Source: a bacterium (GTDB taxonomy: Bacteria; CALINM01). From it: DNA of 12,551 bases. Made by a program: the position numbers and the translations under genes. Position 1 is the stretch's first letter; every line of letters begins with the position of its first letter. The notes under the pieces were generated by a model that did no database searches, was not told the origin of the DNA, and worked only from the letters and a program-made list of their open reading frames with translations. Location: the NCBI GenBank assembly GCA_041640455.1, contig JBEQAF010000065.1, positions 1 through 12,551 of the forward strand, in the 5' to 3' direction. Positions 1 through 7,646 of the stretch are shown in pieces.

Positions 1-1
1 A

Positions 2-613
2 CTCCATCATTACATAATTATTATCTATCCGGCTTTATCAATTCTAATAGCCAGCTCATTTAGTAATCTTAAAGAAAGAAAAGCATTCTCGGATTATGTG
101 CTAATTTTAATGCTAATTGTTGAGATAGCTTTTACCTTAATGGGTAGTAAATTTTATGAAAATATTATGTTTCCTGTAAAAACTGCCCTTATAATCTCAG
201 CCATTTTTACAGCTCTCCTTATTATCTCCAACAGGTTATTCAAAAAATGGGTTACCATTACTATTAACGGCTTGAAATTTTTTATCATAACTTTGATACT
301 ATTATTAAATGTTGGTGGACTTAGAAGTGAAATTTTAGAAAAAATCAAACTTTCTAAAAATTTTATCTCCCCTGCAGAAAAGCTATATACATACAAAAGA
401 GGTGCAGAGGATATAAACTTTTACCTGAATATCTGCACCGAGATGATAGAAGATAACAATGAGCTTGATAGGATTCTTAACGAAAAAGGAAGGGTTTTAG
501 CTGTCTTGCGGGGAAGAAACATAAAAGAGCTTGAGGGCTATAATTTAAGGATAATTATTGATATTCCCTCCTTCAAGACAAAAGACCAATATCTTGCGGA
601 GATCAAGCGCTAA
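2..613 (+). CDS. ArnT/PMT-like (GT-C fold) membrane glycosyltransferase, C-terminal part (5' end outside window)
   Basis: The frame of ORF 98..613 is open back to base 2 and reads LHHYIIIIYPALSILIASSF, resembling the K-L-x-H-Y-I-L-P-x-Y-P-A-L-A-L-L motif of ArnT-family proteins. Three more hydrophobic segments and a short soluble C-terminal domain follow. It lies next to LPS glycosyltransferases. The GTG at 98 is an internal codon. Confidence 0.72.
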   Translation, partial: LHHYIIIIYPALSILIASSFSNLKERKAFSDYVLILMLIVEIAFTLMGSKFYENIMFPVKTALIISAIFTALLIISNRLFKKWVTITINGLKFFIITLILLLNVGGLRSEILEKIKLSKNFISPAEKLYTYKRGAEDINFYLNICTEMIEDNNELDRILNEKGRVLAVLRGRNIKELEGYNLRIIIDIPSFKTKDQYLAEIKR

Positions 614-2001
614 AACTCATATCTTACCCCGACACTTACCAACATCCTATCCTTCTCTTCCTTTAAAAACATAGCACCGAGATTTAGCGAAAGATGATCT
701 ATCACATCTTGATTTAGACCAATCCCATAGGCTTCATAAACCTTATTTATCAGCGTTTTTTTCAGCTTTTCATAGCTTAAAGCAAAATAACCACTATTTG
801 TATTGTATCGTATTTTTGCAAACCAGTCTTTTGCATCGGAGCCAATGTAATGACCTATAATCTCACCATTATAGGTATACCCTTGAGTAAAAATATGATG
901 GTTGTACCACAAATTTTTCTGTCTGAAAACTGTGTCTGCGTGCTCTATAAGTAGCTCTATTTTATCATTATTCAAAAATTTAGGAAGGTATAGACTGTAA
1001 ATAAAGGCATATTTGTAGGGGTAAGGAAAATCATCACTTACATCCTCAGCTATCGCCTCAATGTAAAATGTAAAGGGCTGAATACTATTGGGCACAAGGA
1101 GCTTAAAATCAAAGCCAGCTCTCTGATCGCCGGGCTCTCTGTTGAAGTCATCAGTAGTATTTTTTTCCTTATTGCCAATCAGACTGTCTAAAAATGTTCC
1201 AATGTCGTTTTTTCTTCCCCTACCTCCGTACAATGCAGTTTTTGATAGCCCTATCTCCAGATATCTGGAAGGCTTTAAGGTGAGTCTTATGCCGTTTATG
1301 TATGGACTTTTCACATCGGTTCTATTATGTTCAAGTTTGGCTATGAAAAAACTAAATCTAAAAGGGACAAGAAACTCAATGGGTGTGCTGTTTGATATTT
1401 TAAATACATTTAGCCCTTCTGCATTATTGGAAAGTAGAATAGATCCGTTCTGTCCTCCGCCCCACCACTGGTTCTGCTTACCCAGTGAAAACTCAATTTT
1501 GTTATAGTTAAATACTGTATAAAGCTCACCAAAACTTACTTTCTCATAACTATCGTTACTTAAAAAATATGGAGATGCAAAAACTCCGAACTCCTTAGGT
1601 GAATATAAAAACTCCCCTCCAATCTTTAGATTACTCCCCTCTTCTAATCTTATCCCATAGTTATTTTTATTAGCTAAAATACTAAAGCTATCTTCGTAGT
1701 ATTTATAATCAAACTCCGCCGACATATCAAACTCTTTTTCAGGTAAATACCTTTCTATCCTTTTTATGATATTTACTGCAACCTGATCTTTTTTTCCCTC
1801 CTCTTTTGCCTCTTTAACAAGTCTTTTTACCTCTGAAACGGATAAAGGAAGAGTGGTGAGCTGACCCGTTTTAATGTAACCTAATCCTTCCAATCTCCTC
1901 AGTTGATTGTAAATGTCGCTTGAGAGGGGGATATAAGTCTCGGCAAAACCGATTCTAAAAAAAATCAAAACAAAAAGAACCGTCAGAAAATGTTTTTTCA
2001 T
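610..2001 (-). CDS. wzi: Capsule assembly Wzi family outer-membrane beta-barrel protein
   Basis: 463 aa with a signal peptide (MKKHFLTVLFVLIFFRIGFA) and an N-terminal helical region. Wzi-typical motifs GKQNQWWGGGQNGSILLSNNA, PGDQRAGFD and YNHHIFTQGYTYNGEIIGHYIGSD are present. It ends in an OMP-type terminal strand (VGVRYEF). Its ATG overlaps the upstream GT9 stop (ATGA). Confidence 0.88.
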   Translation of the reverse strand: MKKHFLTVLFVLIFFRIGFAETYIPLSSDIYNQLRRLEGLGYIKTGQLTTLPLSVSEVKRLVKEAKEEGKKDQVAVNIIKRIERYLPEKEFDMSAEFDYKYYEDSFSILANKNNYGIRLEEGSNLKIGGEFLYSPKEFGVFASPYFLSNDSYEKVSFGELYTVFNYNKIEFSLGKQNQWWGGGQNGSILLSNNAEGLNVFKISNSTPIEFLVPFRFSFFIAKLEHNRTDVKSPYINGIRLTLKPSRYLEIGLSKTALYGGRGRKNDIGTFLDSLIGNKEKNTTDDFNREPGDQRAGFDFKLLVPNSIQPFTFYIEAIAEDVSDDFPYPYKYAFIYSLYLPKFLNNDKIELLIEHADTVFRQKNLWYNHHIFTQGYTYNGEIIGHYIGSDAKDWFAKIRYNTNSGYFALSYEKLKKTLINKVYEAYGIGLNQDVIDHLSLNLGAMFLKEEKDRMLVSVGVRYEF

Positions 2002-2975
2002 AGTAACTCCTTAATCTTTTTAAAAACCATTTGAGGCTTTATCTCAGTCATGCATTGAAGGTAAATTTTATTATGACAGCTTCTTTTTTTGCAAGGAATA
2101 CATTTTACATCTTTTGCTGTGATAACTATATTTTTTTGCCCAATCGGTCCAGTTCTCTCAGGATCGGCGGCGCCAAAAAGAGCAACCACCTTTGTTCCTA
2201 CAGCAGTAGCTATGTGCATAGGTCCTGTATCACCTGTAATAAGAACTTTACATCTTTTTAGTATGGCTCCAAGCTGAGGAAGACTAAGCCTTCCTGCCAG
2301 ATTAACGGGATTTGCTTTGATATTTTTCATAATCTCTGATGCAAGCTCAACATCCTCTTTTCCACCAATGATTATGCTAACAGCCTTTAACTCATTTTCA
2401 ATAATTTGTGCAAGCTCTTTAAAACTTTCTATAGGCCACCTGTTTACCCTATGACTTGCTCCAGGGTTTAATGCAATAACTATTTTATTATCGAGATTGT
2501 GATTTTTAAAAAAATCTTTTGCAAAATTCTCTGCCTCTTCACCAGGGTTGAACTCCAGATTTAGATCTGAAAAATCTACATTAATTAATCCCTTTACAGC
2601 TTCCAGGTGATTTATAACTGCATGTTTTGACTCATCCTTGTGATAAACTAAAATTTTTTTAGGCATAAGATAAGCAACCAAGAACCAGAGTCTTAAATTG
2701 CTTCTCTGGTAATTAAGAACTATGTCAAACCCTTCTTCTTTAATTTCTCTGCACAAAGCCATAAAATGAGAAAATTTTTTATGCCTTCCCTTCTTTTCAT
2801 AGACAAATATTTTATGAACATGAGGATTATTCACGAAAATGCTTTTTGTAGCCTCCGAAGAAACAAGAATAGAGATTTTTGCCTGAGGATAATTTGCCTT
2901 TATCTGCCTTATAACAGGTGTTAAATGAAGCAGATCCCCAATGGCACCGGGTTTTAATATTAAGATATTATTCAT
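1998..2975 (-). CDS. Glycosyltransferase family 9, LPS heptosyltransferase (WaaF/WaaQ-like)
   Basis: N-terminal ILILKPGAIGDLL, central LNPGAS..NRWP, GT9 signature GDTGPMHIATAVGTKVVALFG, and C-terminal Cys cluster CIPCKKRSC..C. The exact paralogue cannot be resolved by eye. Confidence 0.92.
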   Translation of the reverse strand: MNNILILKPGAIGDLLHLTPVIRQIKANYPQAKISILVSSEATKSIFVNNPHVHKIFVYEKKGRHKKFSHFMALCREIKEEGFDIVLNYQRSNLRLWFLVAYLMPKKILVYHKDESKHAVINHLEAVKGLINVDFSDLNLEFNPGEEAENFAKDFFKNHNLDNKIVIALNPGASHRVNRWPIESFKELAQIIENELKAVSIIIGGKEDVELASEIMKNIKANPVNLAGRLSLPQLGAILKRCKVLITGDTGPMHIATAVGTKVVALFGAADPERTGPIGQKNIVITAKDVKCIPCKKRSCHNKIYLQCMTEIKPQMVFKKIKELL

Positions 2976-2987
2976 AAGACATATTTA

Positions 2988-3016
2988 AGATTAATCATGT
3001 CAAAAAGAGACATCAA
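2988..3016 (-). promoter_or_regulatory. Possible sigma70-type internal promoter for GT9-wzi, overlapped by inverted repeats
   Basis: Minus strand reads TTGATG (3016-3011), 17 bp, TAATCT (2993-2988) in the 179 bp gap upstream of GT9. Such matches arise easily by chance in very AT-rich DNA. Confidence 0.25.
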
Positions 3017-3154
3017 TATGTTTAAGTTACTTATCTCTCTTAAATATTCATTAGCTTTAAACCAAATTAAGTTATTGCTCTAATCTTTGCCTATTATTAA
3101 TTAGTTTTGTTTATTTAACAACCTTTTTCAACCATAGTGTAAATTGAAAAACAT

Positions 3155-4204
3155 CTAAATATTATTTTTTTTTAGCTCAAGATACAATTCTCTATATTGT
3201 TCTATCATATTTTTAAAGACTAAACTTTTTTCAATTTCCATCGCATTTTGACCAAGTCTTTTTCTTAAATCCTTATCCTCAATTAAAAGCTTCAATTTTT
3301 CAATAAATTCATATTCACTATTTACTTTGAAGCCGTTAAAACCATTATTAACAATCTCAGAAACACCCCCAGAGTCAAAAACAACTGCTGGAGTTCCTGA
3401 CAGTAAACTTTCTATCAAACTCAGCGACAATCCTTCTTTTTTAAAAGCATGAACATAAATATCACATTTTGATAACAGATCCTGCATGTTTTCCCTATCT
3501 ACATCTTCTAAAATGAAAACGTTTTCGATCAAATTTTTCTTATTAATGTAGCTCAAAATTCTATCTTTATTCTTTTGGTCCTTTCCTACAAGGAGCAAGG
3601 CTATTTTAGGATATTTCTTTTTTAACTCATAAGTAATATCAATAATAAATTCCTGATTTTTGTAAAAAGCACCTACTGACACTAATATTGGGGTGAAGTT
3701 TTTATATTTTTTAAAATTTTCGTAGGTTTTTTCTCGCAATATCTTAACTCCATTGTAGATTACTCTCATTTTTTTATTATCATTCAGAATCCCAATCAAA
3801 CTTTCTAAAACATAATTGGAAACACATATTATCATGTCTGGAATATTATACAAAATTTTGTAATAAAGTGATTTGTTGAGATTGTAATGATGCTGGGTTA
3901 ATATTAAACTATTTTTTTTTAATAAAAAAACATATGGCAAATCATAAACTCTGTGGCAATGAATTATATCAAACTGCTCCCTCTTGGCGATCTTATGAAA
4001 CTCTATAAAAGATTTTAAAACATTTTTTGGGTCAATCTCATAGACAATGAAGCTTTCTTTTTTAAATCTATTTGAAACGATACTATTTTTTTTTGCCAAT
4101 ATATAAATATTTTTTTCAATATTTCTCATTTCTATAGCTAAATCCATCATAACTTCTTCCGCACCACCCCAACCTTTACAGCAATTTACATATAAAATTT
4201 TCAT
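3155..4204 (-). CDS. Glycosyltransferase family 4 (GT-B)
   Basis: N-terminal MKILYVN..GWGGAE, FDIIHCH, VIYNGV, EX7E motif (EGLSLSLIE) and DSGGVSEIVNNGFNG. ATGA overlap with the upstream GT2 stop. Confidence 0.93.
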   Translation of the reverse strand: MKILYVNCCKGWGGAEEVMMDLAIEMRNIEKNIYILAKKNSIVSNRFKKESFIVYEIDPKNVLKSFIEFHKIAKREQFDIIHCHRVYDLPYVFLLKKNSLILTQHHYNLNKSLYYKILYNIPDMIICVSNYVLESLIGILNDNKKMRVIYNGVKILREKTYENFKKYKNFTPILVSVGAFYKNQEFIIDITYELKKKYPKIALLLVGKDQKNKDRILSYINKKNLIENVFILEDVDRENMQDLLSKCDIYVHAFKKEGLSLSLIESLLSGTPAVVFDSGGVSEIVNNGFNGFKVNSEYEFIEKLKLLIEDKDLRKRLGQNAMEIEKSLVFKNMIEQYRELYLELKKNNI

Positions 4205-5067
4205 CTTTTCTTCTTACGAAACCTCCTTAAAAAATTTTCAAACATATACCAATAGTTTTTATATATTACCTTATTTATGATGTTACCAGAGTATCTCCTA
4301 TTTACTTTTATTTTCTCTAACGCCATCTTATTAAAACTACCAACTGTTTTTGAAGAATTATGCAGTCTACAACCCGAAAGGATTTTTTCACCTAAATTTG
4401 CAAATCTGGATTTTTTTATCAATTTTATCCACAGATCATAGTCCATACAGTAATGGAGATTGGTATCTAAAAAACCTACTTCTTTTACCAGATCCATTCT
4501 CATAAGACTGGAAGGCTGGGCAATAGTAGAATGTTTTTTATACAAAAAATTCTCTAAGGTCATATCTGGAAAAGAATATTTTTTCAAAATTTTGTCATTC
4601 TCATCTATGAAAACACAAGCTCCATAAACCAATCCAACATTATTATCTTTTTCTAAAACATCTACCATAACATCAACTGCACTGGGAAGAAGAATATCAT
4701 CGGAACCTATCCAGTTAACATATTTACCTTTTGCTACCCTTAAGCCCTTATTTATGGCATCTGACTGACCATTATCTTTTTCACTTACCCAGTAGGTTAT
4801 AAATTTCTCATACTTTTTTATAATCTGTGTTGTATTATCTGTAGAACCGCCGTCTATGATTATATACTCAATATTTGGATATGTCTGGTTTAGTAGAGAG
4901 ATAAGTGTTCTTTCTAAAAAAACTCCCTGATTAAATGATGGCACAATGAGAGAAACCAATGGTTTTTGAACATTTCTTTTTTCTCTTCTTTCAATATGAA
5001 AATTTGTTATTGTCTCAATAACTTCCTTTTGCACAAGCTCAAACTCTTTAGCTATATCTATTCCCAT
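4201..5067 (-). CDS. Glycosyltransferase family 2 (GT-A) with ~35 aa N-terminal extension
   Basis: PLVSLIVPSFNQ, YIIIDGGSTD, SEKDNGQSDAINKG, WIGSDD, QPS and MDYDLW motifs. GGAG Shine-Dalgarno just upstream of the ATG at 5067. Overlaps the upstream gene by 20 bp. Confidence 0.93.
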   Translation of the reverse strand: MGIDIAKEFELVQKEVIETITNFHIERREKRNVQKPLVSLIVPSFNQGVFLERTLISLLNQTYPNIEYIIIDGGSTDNTTQIIKKYEKFITYWVSEKDNGQSDAINKGLRVAKGKYVNWIGSDDILLPSAVDVMVDVLEKDNNVGLVYGACVFIDENDKILKKYSFPDMTLENFLYKKHSTIAQPSSLMRMDLVKEVGFLDTNLHYCMDYDLWIKLIKKSRFANLGEKILSGCRLHNSSKTVGSFNKMALEKIKVNRRYSGNIINKVIYKNYWYMFENFLRRFRKKKR

Positions 5068-5815
5068 TTCTCTCCATTTCCTTTAAAAACATATACTTTG
5101 CAAATGTGCCTATAGCACCCATTACAGAAATTATAAAGCCTTCGAGTCCGTCTAAAATGCCTAATCTGAAAAAATAACGGTAAAGGAATGTATATAAAGG
5201 TCTAATTGTGTAATTATGCCAGCTCGCCCTCCTCCCACTTTTAAAAAGCTCTTCAGCAGATAGCTGGTTATACCTTAAGGTCTTTAAAAAAAGCCTTTTC
5301 AGATCTACGTCCTGATAATGAATAATATCTGCATCTATCTTTTTAGAGCTACCGTTTATTATAAACCTTTCATGAATATTATTCTCAGACCATCTTCCTC
5401 TTTTTTTATTGTAAAGTCTTAGCTTAAAGTCAGGATACTGCCCTCCAAAGCGAAGCCACTTCCCACGAAAGTAATTTTTTCTTCTAAACTCAAAACCATC
5501 AAAATTTTTATAATCTATCTCGGTAAGACTTTTAATTGCATCTTTCATCGCATCAGATACTCTTTCATCGGCATCAATCTCAAGCACCCAGTCATTTACT
5601 GTATTGTTCATGGCAAAACTTTTCTGATCTCTAAACCCGGTAAATCTATTTTTTATAAACCTTGCATTATACCTTTTACATATCTCTTCCGTTTCATCCT
5701 CACTGAAATCATCTACAACCACAATCTCATCAGCAAAGCTTAAAGACTTAAGACAATCTTCTATATTCTTCGCTTCATTTTTTGTAATTATAATTGCCGA
5801 AATTTTAGTTTTCAC
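5048..5815 (-). CDS. Glycosyltransferase family 2, WaaE/KdtX-like LPS core beta-1,4-glucosyltransferase family
   Basis: ISAIIITKNEAKNI, VVVDDFSEDET, WVLEIDADE, YPDFKLRLY, IHE and C-terminal YFFRLGILDGLEG are typical of this family. GTG start with AAGGGG upstream. Confidence 0.88.
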   Translation of the reverse strand: MKTKISAIIITKNEAKNIEDCLKSLSFADEIVVVDDFSEDETEEICKRYNARFIKNRFTGFRDQKSFAMNNTVNDWVLEIDADERVSDAMKDAIKSLTEIDYKNFDGFEFRRKNYFRGKWLRFGGQYPDFKLRLYNKKRGRWSENNIHERFIINGSSKKIDADIIHYQDVDLKRLFLKTLRYNQLSAEELFKSGRRASWHNYTIRPLYTFLYRYFFRLGILDGLEGFIISVMGAIGTFAKYMFLKEMERNGNRYS

Positions 5816-6079
5816 TTAGCCCCTTAAAAAACTAAGATAAGTATTGATTACAAACAATTTCCTTATATCTGCTCAAAAATTCCATAATTTGTATTATTTT
5901 AAATTTACATGAAGCTGCTAAAGAATTCGATTTATTATTCTTTTGATATAGTCTATATAAGTGATTTTTCTTTTTCCACAAAAAATTTTATCTTGTGTGG
6001 TTATAATTTTAAAATGTCACATGATTTTACTAAATTAAAGTGTCATATACGTGATATGCCCCCATTTTTTGGACAGGGA

Positions 6080-7132
6080 CTAATTATCGGTTTTACCCAG
6101 CTTTTTTTTAAGAATATCAATATTTACGTCCAGAACTTTATCATCGGGCTTGATCTTTTTTGCCTTTTCCCAGGCTATTAGCGCCTCTTCATAAAGCCCT
6201 TCCCGATATTTCGAAAGACCAAGGTCATAGAGCTCACTAAAATTTTCTTCAGCACGTGGTGCTTTAGTCAGGTTTGAAAGTTTGAGTTTTATCTCCTCTT
6301 CCGAGGAATTATGTTGAGATTCGATAAGGGCTGTAAGGTCAATGGAGTTATCTAGTTTTGTCTCTTTTTTAAGAACAACCCTCCCTTTAAAGGTAGCAAT
6401 AGTTTCAAGTCTTTCGTAAGGATGCTTTCGCATCTCTGTCTGAATGGTAATAAGATCATTCCCTACCTTGATGGTAGAAAGTTTACCCGTGCTGGCTGCT
6501 TTCACCTTATCAGGCGCTGCTACAAGCTCCCTAAGCTCTTTTGATAAAAAATGAATATAATATGGTTTTTTTGTATTTCTTAGTTTTTCAATAATGTGGT
6601 TGCCCACATCTTTTCCTTTAATTAAGATTTCGGGCTCATCTTTGTCATTGAAAATAATCTTTTTATCATAAAGCTCTGATTTCAGTAGCTCTGTAAGCTT
6701 ATCAAAACTAACATTTTCAGGGATAACTTCCAGAATCCTTATCTTATCTGATTTTTTAATTCTGCTTAGAACAGATCTTATCTTGCTTTTTAGCACAGAA
6801 GGATTGATTGGTTTAACAAGATAATCATAAACACCCATGTCGTATGCCTCTGTCATGGTAGCCGGGTCGTCAACAGATGTAAGAAAAAGAACCGGTGTAT
6901 CTCTCTCCGGGAAGAAATCTCTATAGTTTTTAAAAAAGAGGAAGCCATCAATCTCAGGCATTCTCAGATCGCATATAATAAGATCTGGATCCACCTTCTC
7001 GAGGGCTAACATGGCATCGCTGGCATGGGTGAATGTAAAGAGGTCGTAATCATCTCCAAGAATATCTTTTATAAAAATCAGATCATCAGCGGAATCATCT
7101 ATGCTGAATAATATGGGTCTATCTTTCATCAA
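6080..7132 (-). CDS. Response regulator: REC + degenerate DUF4388-like segment + probable RomY-N-like domain + TPR
   Basis: Intact receiver: DD at 12-13, phosphoacceptor D55 in ICDLRMP, T85, K107-P. Residues ~216-285 read GKLSTIKVG..ITIQTE..LETIATFKGRVVLKKET..LIESQH. A TPR-like repeat closes the protein (LYDLGLSKYREGLYEEALIAWEKAKKIKPDD). Start could be 7132 or 7129. REC and TPR are confident; the middle domains are tentative. Confidence 0.85.
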   Translation of the reverse strand: MMKDRPILFSIDDSADDLIFIKDILGDDYDLFTFTHASDAMLALEKVDPDLIICDLRMPEIDGFLFFKNYRDFFPERDTPVLFLTSVDDPATMTEAYDMGVYDYLVKPINPSVLKSKIRSVLSRIKKSDKIRILEVIPENVSFDKLTELLKSELYDKKIIFNDKDEPEILIKGKDVGNHIIEKLRNTKKPYYIHFLSKELRELVAAPDKVKAASTGKLSTIKVGNDLITIQTEMRKHPYERLETIATFKGRVVLKKETKLDNSIDLTALIESQHNSSEEEIKLKLSNLTKAPRAEENFSELYDLGLSKYREGLYEEALIAWEKAKKIKPDDKVLDVNIDILKKKLGKTDN

Positions 7133-7646
7133 GCTGATCCAGAATAATATTTGACGATATGAGAACCTCTTCTTTTTCCTCCACGCTCAGAGGCATAAAA
7201 TATACCAGCATGTATTTTTTATCATTTTTTTCCAGAACTTTAAAGACGATTTTGTTAAGACTATTTACCTCTGCAGAAAGGTAATCTATATTGAAATTAA
7301 GAGGGATCTTTCTCACTTTTTCCAGAGATTCCAGAAAAATAGATGTTAGAGCGCTGATATAGTCAGGCTCTTCAACGTTATAAAAGCTTACAGGCAGCCC
7401 AGAAGCATCTGTTATCATACCCCAGCTGGCTCCAGACCTCAAGCAGGTCTTTTTTAATATTTCCGTAAGGCGGTCTTCCTTATAGGCAATATTTTTAATT
7501 TCAGAGATATCGTATTTCTCTGGTAGCGGCTCAAGGCTCTCAATATTTGGTGTAACAACAAATACCTCTTCCTTTTTAGGCTCCGAAGGTTTTACAAGCC
7601 TTTTAAAAATATCCTGTGCCTCTTTTATCTCAAAATAGTTCAGCAT
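7119..7646 (-). CDS. Roadblock/LC7 (MglB-like) domain protein with N-terminal extension
   Basis: Likely start is the ATG at 7646 (MLNYFEIK, 175 aa), preceded by GGAGAAGGTGAAG and overlapping the ParA 3' end by 17 bp. The C-terminal ~115 aa follow the roadblock pattern: helix (LTEILKKTC), strands with GMITDASGLPVS, helix (PDYISALTSIFLESL), three strands and a final helix. Confidence 0.65.
   Translation of the reverse strand: MLNYFEIKEAQDIFKRLVKPSEPKKEEVFVVTPNIESLEPLPEKYDISEIKNIAYKEDRLTEILKKTCLRSGASWGMITDASGLPVSFYNVEEPDYISALTSIFLESLEKVRKIPLNFNIDYLSAEVNSLNKIVFKVLEKNDKKYMLVYFMPLSVEEKEEVLISSNIILDQLDER

Noticed and set aside
154..396. 80 aa minus-strand ORF
   Set aside because: Antisense shadow of the ArnT-like gene, with no recognisable motif.
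1142..1507. 121 aa plus-strand ORF
   Set aside because: Lies entirely antisense within wzi and has no recognisable motif.
2031..2277. Two short plus-strand ORFs (76 and 62 aa)
   Set aside because: Antisense to the conserved GT9 catalytic region.
1957..4094. Phase variation via poly-A/T tracts (T8 in wzi, A9 in GT4)
   Set aside because: Tracts are short A/T runs encoding Lys/Phe in AT-rich genes and all frames are intact. No poly-G/C or tandem microsatellite was seen.
5972..5980. DnaA-box-like TTTTCCACA suggesting oriC near a ParA gene
   Set aside because: Only one consensus box, with no cluster and no dnaA/dnaN/gidA context. A single match is expected by chance in AT-rich DNA.
5816..6079. 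c-di-GMP riboswitch upstream of the glycosyltransferase operon
   Set aside because: I could not find the GEMM-type GGCAAA/GNRA-tetraloop-receptor pattern, and the region is too AT-rich for the stems. An Infernal/Rfam scan would settle it.
5909..6181. 90 aa plus-strand ORF spanning the intergenic gap
   Set aside because: No SD, composition typical of translated AT-rich non-coding DNA, and it overlaps the response regulator 3' end by about 100 bp on the opposite strand.
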